The position numbers were made by a program, and so were the translations under genes. Positions 6,444 to 10,809 of a DNA stretch of 10,809 nucleotides are shown piece after piece; the stretch's first letter is position 1, and each line of letters starts with the position of its first letter. The stretch lies in IMG/VR virus record IMGVR_UViG_3300046543_000050, one strand, 5' to 3'. Origin of the DNA: a virus (taxonomy: Duplodnaviria; Heunggongvirae; Uroviricota; Caudoviricetes). The notes below the pieces were generated by a model. The model was not told the origin of the DNA and did no database searches. It saw only the letters and a program-made list of their open reading frames with translations.

Positions 6444-7201
6444 TGGCAGACGATTACGACATCGAAGACACGAAGCATAAGTTCAAGGCTAAATATGGTT
6501 CGCCCAAGATTCATGACGAGATGATCGCGGGCAAGCCCGGTAAGTATGGGATCAAACCACAATACGATCACCTTGAAACGATTGCTAGTCATAAGAACAA
6601 GGCACATCTCGACAAGATGGTCGATCACCCGAATTGGGTAGTTCGAAACGCGGTCGCAGAACATGGCACATCCGAACACCATGATAAACTGATGCATGAC
6701 CCGGACGAATCGGTTCGGATGACGGTGGCAATACACGGAACCGACAAGCATCGCGATCACCTGATGCATGACGAAGATGGACTGGTGCGCAATGCAGTGG
6801 CATCCGAAGGAAATGATCATCATCGCGATCACCTGATGCATGACAATGCCTTGCGGGTTCGCGAGCAAGTGGCGACGTGGGGAAGTACACGACACCATGA
6901 TCATCTTGTGCATGATGGTGGTCCGGTTGTTCGGGCACGAGTAGCACAGAACGGCACTGATGCGCACCGCGAGAAGCTTCTAAATGATCCAGACAACGAA
7001 GTTCGTCTCAACGTCGCAGCTAAAGCAAACAAAGCCCATGCGCAACACTTGATGAATGATCCGGTCCTGCATGTTCGTCGCGAAGCTGCAAGGCGTTACC
7101 AATCATTACATCTCGCCGATGGTGGTCACGATGACGATCTTCTGGCAAAGTTGAAAGAATCCAAAACCGTAAAGTCGTTCAAGACCTTTTCGGCTAAATA
7201 A
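6443..7201 (+). CDS. KYGS-family repeat protein 3 (about 252 aa, 7 repeats)
   Basis: N-terminal FKAKYGSPK. Repeats such as HRDHLMHDEDGLVRNAVASEGNDH. The track start 6440 is GTG; ATG 6443 (TGATG overlap, AAGGA RBS at 6432-6436) is more likely. Confidence 0.85.
   Translation: MADDYDIEDTKHKFKAKYGSPKIHDEMIAGKPGKYGIKPQYDHLETIASHKNKAHLDKMVDHPNWVVRNAVAEHGTSEHHDKLMHDPDESVRMTVAIHGTDKHRDHLMHDEDGLVRNAVASEGNDHHRDHLMHDNALRVREQVATWGSTRHHDHLVHDGGPVVRARVAQNGTDAHREKLLNDPDNEVRLNVAAKANKAHAQHLMNDPVLHVRREAARRYQSLHLADGGHDDDLLAKLKESKTVKSFKTFSAK
6749..6844 (+). repeat. Exact 24-nt direct repeat at a 72-nt period inside repeat protein 3
   Basis: CATCGCGATCACCTGATGCATGAC at 6749-6772 and 6821-6844 (encodes HRDHLMHD twice). 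Confidence 0.9.
7193..7200 (+). promoter_or_regulatory. T4-type late promoter variant (GCTAAATA) for the 7229 gene and the distal array
   Basis: CTAAATA overlaps the stop of repeat protein 3, 28 nt upstream of ATG 7229, at the largest intergenic gap of the island. Confidence 0.6.
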
Positions 7202-7228
7202 TAAACTACCCACTCAAGGCTTACTCTC

Positions 7229-8014
7229 ATGAACATCAACAGTTCCATCGTCCACGCATACAAGCTGGCACACTGGTCAACCCTCGATGAAAGCGTTCTC
7301 ACTGAAGAACAAATTCAATTCGTTATGGAAAATCGCGTCGAATTCTTGAAGAAGAATAACGCATCACTTGACACGTCGCATGACCCGCACGGCGCACATA
7401 AAGAAGCTGGCGACATCATCGACCACTTTGCTACGCACGCTGATCCGACCAAGAACAAGGCACATACGCAATGGATCGTCGGGCAGTACAAGAAGGGTCA
7501 AGTCCGTCAGGAAGACGCTGGTCGTATCCACGGCGCACTGTCGAACTTCGAGAAGTACAAAGGCAAGCTGGCGAACAAAGACATCAACAGCTACAAGAAG
7601 GTGTCTGACGTTGAAGACGCGACTGCACCGCACGAAGGTTCGCACGCTTCGAAGAAGGCCGAAGTTCGCGCAATCAAGCACGAAGGCGCTGACCTGAAGT
7701 ACGAAGACGAACACGTTCAGATTCACCACATCAAGACCGAAGAAGCTGCGAAGCACTACGGCAAGGGCACCAAATGGTGTACGGCGGCTGACAATAACAA
7801 TATGTTCAGTCACTATCACCAAGACGGCCCTATCCACGTCATCACGCACAAGACTGAGAAGGACTCAGAAGGTCGCCCGCGTAAGTTCCAGTTCCATGCG
7901 GCGAGTAATCAGTTCATGGACGAGAAGGACAACGAGATTTCGCACGACGATTTCAAGAAGATCAAGCCGTCATTCCACGCGGCTATCGACAAGCATCCTG
8001 AGATGGTGGATTAA
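7229..8014 (+). CDS. His-rich hypothetical protein with a GTKWCTA motif (PcfJ-like domain suspected)
   Basis: 261 aa. ADPTKNKAHTQWI...KDINSY in the N-half; YEDEHVQIHHIKTEEAAKHYGKGTKWCTAA...FSHY...GPIHVI...KFQFH...QFMDEKD in the C-half. This resembles the TxWC-motif PcfJ-like proteins of large phages (from memory; needs HMM confirmation). No KYGS motif and no 24-aa repeats. Confidence 0.7.
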   Translation: MNINSSIVHAYKLAHWSTLDESVLTEEQIQFVMENRVEFLKKNNASLDTSHDPHGAHKEAGDIIDHFATHADPTKNKAHTQWIVGQYKKGQVRQEDAGRIHGALSNFEKYKGKLANKDINSYKKVSDVEDATAPHEGSHASKKAEVRAIKHEGADLKYEDEHVQIHHIKTEEAAKHYGKGTKWCTAADNNNMFSHYHQDGPIHVITHKTEKDSEGRPRKFQFHAASNQFMDEKDNEISHDDFKKIKPSFHAAIDKHPEMVD

Positions 8015-8017
8015 TCC

Positions 8018-8377
8018 ATGTACCACGATCCGGCACTGAAGAAGGCCATGTTTGCAACGAAATACGGTTCGCCTAAAACTCAGTCCCGGATTGCGAAGCG
8101 TGGGACTGTGGTTCAACGTGTTCACATATCCCACGCTGGACCGCCTGAACTTCTCGATCATATGGTCAAGGACAAGAACTCAGAAGTCCGTTGGAATGTC
8201 GCAAACCGTGGCGAGAAGCGTCACCTTGATCAACTGGTGAATGATAAGGATGGTGATGTTCGTGCAAGAGTAGCGCAACACGGCTACAAGGATCACTACG
8301 AAGCGCTGAAGAATGATAAAGACCCGAAGGTGAAATACTTCGCGGACAATGCAAAGAGAGAAGGACTAAAGGACTGA
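8018..8377 (+). CDS. KYGS-family repeat protein 4 (119 aa, about 3 repeats)
   Basis: N-terminal FATKYGSPK. Repeats such as HLDQLVNDKDGDVRARVAQHGYKD. Starts 3 nt after the upstream stop. Confidence 0.85.
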   Translation: MYHDPALKKAMFATKYGSPKTQSRIAKRGTVVQRVHISHAGPPELLDHMVKDKNSEVRWNVANRGEKRHLDQLVNDKDGDVRARVAQHGYKDHYEALKNDKDPKVKYFADNAKREGLKD

Positions 8378-8379
8378 TC

Positions 8380-8814
8380 ATGAGTGAATTATCAAAACTC
8401 TCCTTCATCAACAAGTACGGCGCGGATCGACACAAGAAGGCTGTCGAACCAAAGATCGACAAGATTCTTGATGCGGGCAGCACGAATGATGTCAGTGACC
8501 TCGCGTATGAAGGTCTGGTCACGAAACCAGAACATGTCACCCGTATCATCGATCACAAGAACGATGATGGACGACATGCTGGCAACAGTCCGATCCATCA
8601 GTTGATTAAGTACAAGAGGGGACAGAAGTACATGACGGATGATCACTGGCATCGTCTGGCGCTTCACCCTGAAGTTGGCGTTACATCGAACGCGCTGTCG
8701 AGTATGCCGCTGAAGCACGTCAAGACGGCTGCACAACATCACCCGGACGACTTCACACGACAGCTTGCAACTAATCACTACGTTCGCCAGAAGCAACTTG
8801 GGGTACAAGAATGA
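8380..8814 (+). CDS. KYGS-family protein 5, divergent subtype B (144 aa)
   Basis: N-terminal FINKYGADR. C-terminal DDHWHRLALH...MPLKHVKTAAQHHPDDFTRQLATNHY is paralogous to protein 7. AAGGA RBS. Confidence 0.8.
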   Translation: MSELSKLSFINKYGADRHKKAVEPKIDKILDAGSTNDVSDLAYEGLVTKPEHVTRIIDHKNDDGRHAGNSPIHQLIKYKRGQKYMTDDHWHRLALHPEVGVTSNALSSMPLKHVKTAAQHHPDDFTRQLATNHYVRQKQLGVQE

Positions 8815-9437
8815 GTAAATCAAAATTTCTGTCGAAGTACGGTTCACCTAAGCATATGGACCGTATGACGACAAGCCCAGATGAATATGATCGTCTGGCT
8901 ATCGCACAAAACCATCCAGATCGTCATTCTAAGATGCTGAATGATCCGAGTGAACGCGTTCGCAAGAATATATCTTACACGACCACGGATAAAAATCATC
9001 TGGACCATATGATGCACGACGCAAGTTCCGATGTACGCGGGAACGTTGCTCGGCATGGACACAAAGATCATCTGGACAAACTGGTGCATGATAAAGACTG
9101 GTATGTTCGTGAACGGGTCGCCAGTCATGGATACAAAGAACACGCCGACAAACTGGTTAGTGATCCTGATCCATCGGTGCGTTACCAAGTTGCCACGCAT
9201 GGTCATCATCACGACAAACTAGTGCATGATGAAAGTTCGTTGGTACGTCAGTCCGTAGCTAGTCGCGGCAATGAAGAACATCGCGCAATACTGGCCCACG
9301 ACAAAGACGTGAACGTTCGAATGGAAGTTGCCAAGAGTTCAGAAGATCGCGGCACCCTCGAAAAATTGAAGGCCGATCCTCACCCAGACGTAGCGCGTCA
9401 TGCGAAGCGTCACTCGGCTGACCTCGGATTTTATTGA
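8811..9437 (+). CDS. KYGS-family repeat protein 6 (208 aa, about 8 repeats)
   Basis: N-terminal FLSKYGSPK. Repeats such as HLDKLVHDKDWYVRERVASHGYKE. ATGA overlap with the previous gene. Confidence 0.85.
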   Translation: MSKSKFLSKYGSPKHMDRMTTSPDEYDRLAIAQNHPDRHSKMLNDPSERVRKNISYTTTDKNHLDHMMHDASSDVRGNVARHGHKDHLDKLVHDKDWYVRERVASHGYKEHADKLVSDPDPSVRYQVATHGHHHDKLVHDESSLVRQSVASRGNEEHRAILAHDKDVNVRMEVAKSSEDRGTLEKLKADPHPDVARHAKRHSADLGFY

Positions 9438-9438
9438 T

Positions 9439-10035
9439 ATGTCGGCAATGTCTAAACTACAGTTTCTTGGGAAGTACGGTTCCGAGAAACATAAAGCAGC
9501 AATCCCGGCCAAGATCGATCACGAGATGTCGAAGGTCAAGACGGATGTCGATCATATGACGGACGACGAAGAAATTCATGGCTTCACAATGGCACAGTCG
9601 CCACTCGTCAAGGGTAAGCATCTGGACAAGCTGGTGAGTACGAATTCATCGTACATCCGTGAAGGTGCGTCGATGAATCCAAATCTTCAACCCCATCACG
9701 TCGATGCCATCATTGCACATGATAAAAGTGGTAATTCAACGAACCACATCATCAGGAACAAGAATGTCAAGATGAATTCTGACCAGTTGCACAAGGCTAT
9801 CGATCATCCGGGCGATAGTCATCCGGCTAGTTGGATTGAAGCGCGGGCATCAGACCTCAATGATGACCATTGGGATAAGCTGGCGAAACATAAGCATCAG
9901 GGCGCTGCATTGGCGGTTTTGCGCCTGATGCCTAAGAAACATCTTCAGACTGCGGCTGAACATAACCCGCATAAGATGATTCGCAATCTGGCACAGGCTC
10001 ACTACGAAGATCGAGAATCAAAGGGACGACAATGA
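9439..10035 (+). CDS. KYGS-family protein 7, divergent subtype B (about 198 aa)
   Basis: N-terminal FLGKYGSEK. C-terminal DDHWDKLAKH...MPKKHLQTAAEHNPHKMIRNLAQAHY. The track start 9400 overlaps the previous gene by 38 nt; ATG 9439 (1 nt after the upstream TGA) or ATG 9448 is more plausible given motif position. Confidence 0.8.
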   Translation: MSAMSKLQFLGKYGSEKHKAAIPAKIDHEMSKVKTDVDHMTDDEEIHGFTMAQSPLVKGKHLDKLVSTNSSYIREGASMNPNLQPHHVDAIIAHDKSGNSTNHIIRNKNVKMNSDQLHKAIDHPGDSHPASWIEARASDLNDDHWDKLAKHKHQGAALAVLRLMPKKHLQTAAEHNPHKMIRNLAQAHYEDRESKGRQ

Positions 10036-10289
10036 CCAAGAATGTAATGTATTTTTCTGCGCCGTGGTGTGCGCCGTGTAAGGCATTTGCACCACAGTTC
10101 GATCAACTGATGGAAAAGCACTCGCACGTTTCATTCTCGAAGATCAACATCGATGACAACTTCGAAGAAGCCCGTACCTATGGTGTGCGCGCTATTCCTT
10201 GCATCGTGATCCTCGAAGATGGCGTTGAAACCAGTCGGCTTGCTGGTGGTGCAGTCAACAAGGCCAAACTCGATCAACTTCTGGGCTAA
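10032..10289 (+). CDS. trxA: Thioredoxin (short form, 85 aa)
   Basis: YFSAPWCAPCK active site (WCxPC), KINID, YGVRAIP cis-proline loop and R-x-x-G. ATGA overlap with protein 7. Confidence 0.92.
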   Translation: MTKNVMYFSAPWCAPCKAFAPQFDQLMEKHSHVSFSKINIDDNFEEARTYGVRAIPCIVILEDGVETSRLAGGAVNKAKLDQLLG

Positions 10290-10774
10290 GTTCTGGCGTA
10301 TTCTCCGACGACCTTTTCACGGAAGTTATTGAGGATACGCAGGGCTTCATCCTTGTCTTTGACTTGGCGTCTCAGCTTCTTGTCGCCGAACGCGCAATGA
10401 ACGATCCACGCCTGATCACGTTCAAGCCAACTAATACCTTTGATACCAGAAGTGTTGTTGCTGTTCTTATCGTGATTGGATAGATTCTGTGTGCGCGAAG
10501 CTTCGCGCAGATTAGAAATCCGATTGTTTCGACCATCGGTATCTTCGTGGTCGATCATCTTCTCTGGGAACTGACCATACACATACAGCCACGCTAGGCG
10601 ATGTGCGTAGTGTCGCGTTCCATCAATACCAATCAAGATGTAGCCCAACTTCTCACTGAATGCGCCCGCAACTTCTCCTACGCGGATACGGTTGCTGGTT
10701 CGAACCTTCCATGTGAATAATCCGGTGTCCTGATCGTAATGAAGGACTTCTTTTAGTCTTGCTTGCGTCAACAT
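10286..10774 (-). CDS. Free-standing HNH homing endonuclease with an AP2-like C-terminal domain
   Basis: LTQARLKEVLHYDQDTGLFTW...AHRLAWLYVYGQFP..MIDHEDTDGRNNRISNLREA...QN, then NTSGIKGISW...W: the common HNH_3 + AP2 architecture. Convergent stop overlap with the thioredoxin. Confidence 0.88.
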   Translation of the reverse strand: MLTQARLKEVLHYDQDTGLFTWKVRTSNRIRVGEVAGAFSEKLGYILIGIDGTRHYAHRLAWLYVYGQFPEKMIDHEDTDGRNNRISNLREASRTQNLSNHDKNSNNTSGIKGISWLERDQAWIVHCAFGDKKLRRQVKDKDEALRILNNFREKVVGEYART

Positions 10775-10809
10775 ATCGTAATTCTAAATATTAGGTTCAC
10801 TACTTAGGC

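Noticed and set aside
6489-6495. CTAAATA late-promoter-like sequence inside repeat protein 3
   Set aside because: It is produced by the codons for A-K-Y of the KYGS motif (GCT AAA TAT), and the next gene start is over 700 nt away.
6347-6967. Long antisense ORF (206 aa) and similar shadow ORFs (5943-6194, 7364-7849, 8392-8847, 8844-9212, 4918-5178)
   Set aside because: They lie exactly opposite well-supported genes and have no RBS or promoter support. Their MHQ/VMV periodicity is just the reverse complement of the His/Asp codon repeats.
4810-9437. CRISPR array or diversity-generating retroelement as an explanation for the periodic DNA
   Set aside because: The repeats are in-frame, 72-nt-period coding repeats that diverge at synonymous sites. 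There is no constant-repeat/unique-spacer pattern, no reverse transcriptase and no adenine-specific template/variable repeat pair in the window.
9400-9438. ORF-track N-terminal extension of protein 7 (MRSVTRLTSDFID)
   Set aside because: It overlaps protein 6 by 38 nt and would push the KYGS motif further from the start than in any paralog. ATG 9439 or 9448 fits better.
10784-10809. CTAAATATTAG mini-palindrome and a minus-strand CTAAGTA upstream of the right HNH gene
   Set aside because: CTAAATA is on the + strand, the wrong orientation for the HNH gene. The minus-strand variant is mismatched and at the window edge, so a promoter or translational-repression hairpin cannot be supported.

Overview
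This is a fragment of a large T4-like (Tevenvirinae/Ackermannviridae-style gene order) myophage genome. Left end (1-1201): small, probably early, hypothetical ORFs behind a sigma70-type promoter that sits inside an inverted repeat, plus a bidirectional terminator. Middle (1198-4810): conserved late morphogenesis genes. On the minus strand are a gp54-like tail tube initiator, gp2 DNA end protector, gp4 head completion protein and a free-standing HNH endonuclease. On the plus strand is the gp48 baseplate tail tube cap. Overlapping T4-type late promoters (TATAAATA / CTAAATA) separate the two groups. Right half (4810-10289): an accessory island tightly coupled behind gp48. It holds seven paralogous His/Asp-rich helical-repeat proteins (about 24-aa HEAT/LRV-like repeats) that all begin with an F-x-x-[KR]-Y-G-[SA]-[PDE]-[KR] motif. 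One unrelated His-rich 'GTKWCTA' (PcfJ-like) protein with its own late promoter interrupts the array, and a thioredoxin closes it. A second HNH(-AP2) endonuclease on the minus strand bounds the island. The KYGS repeat-protein array is the main candidate for an undescribed system, possibly a late-expressed, virion-associated library of binding proteins. All family assignments come from motif recognition; no database search was run.
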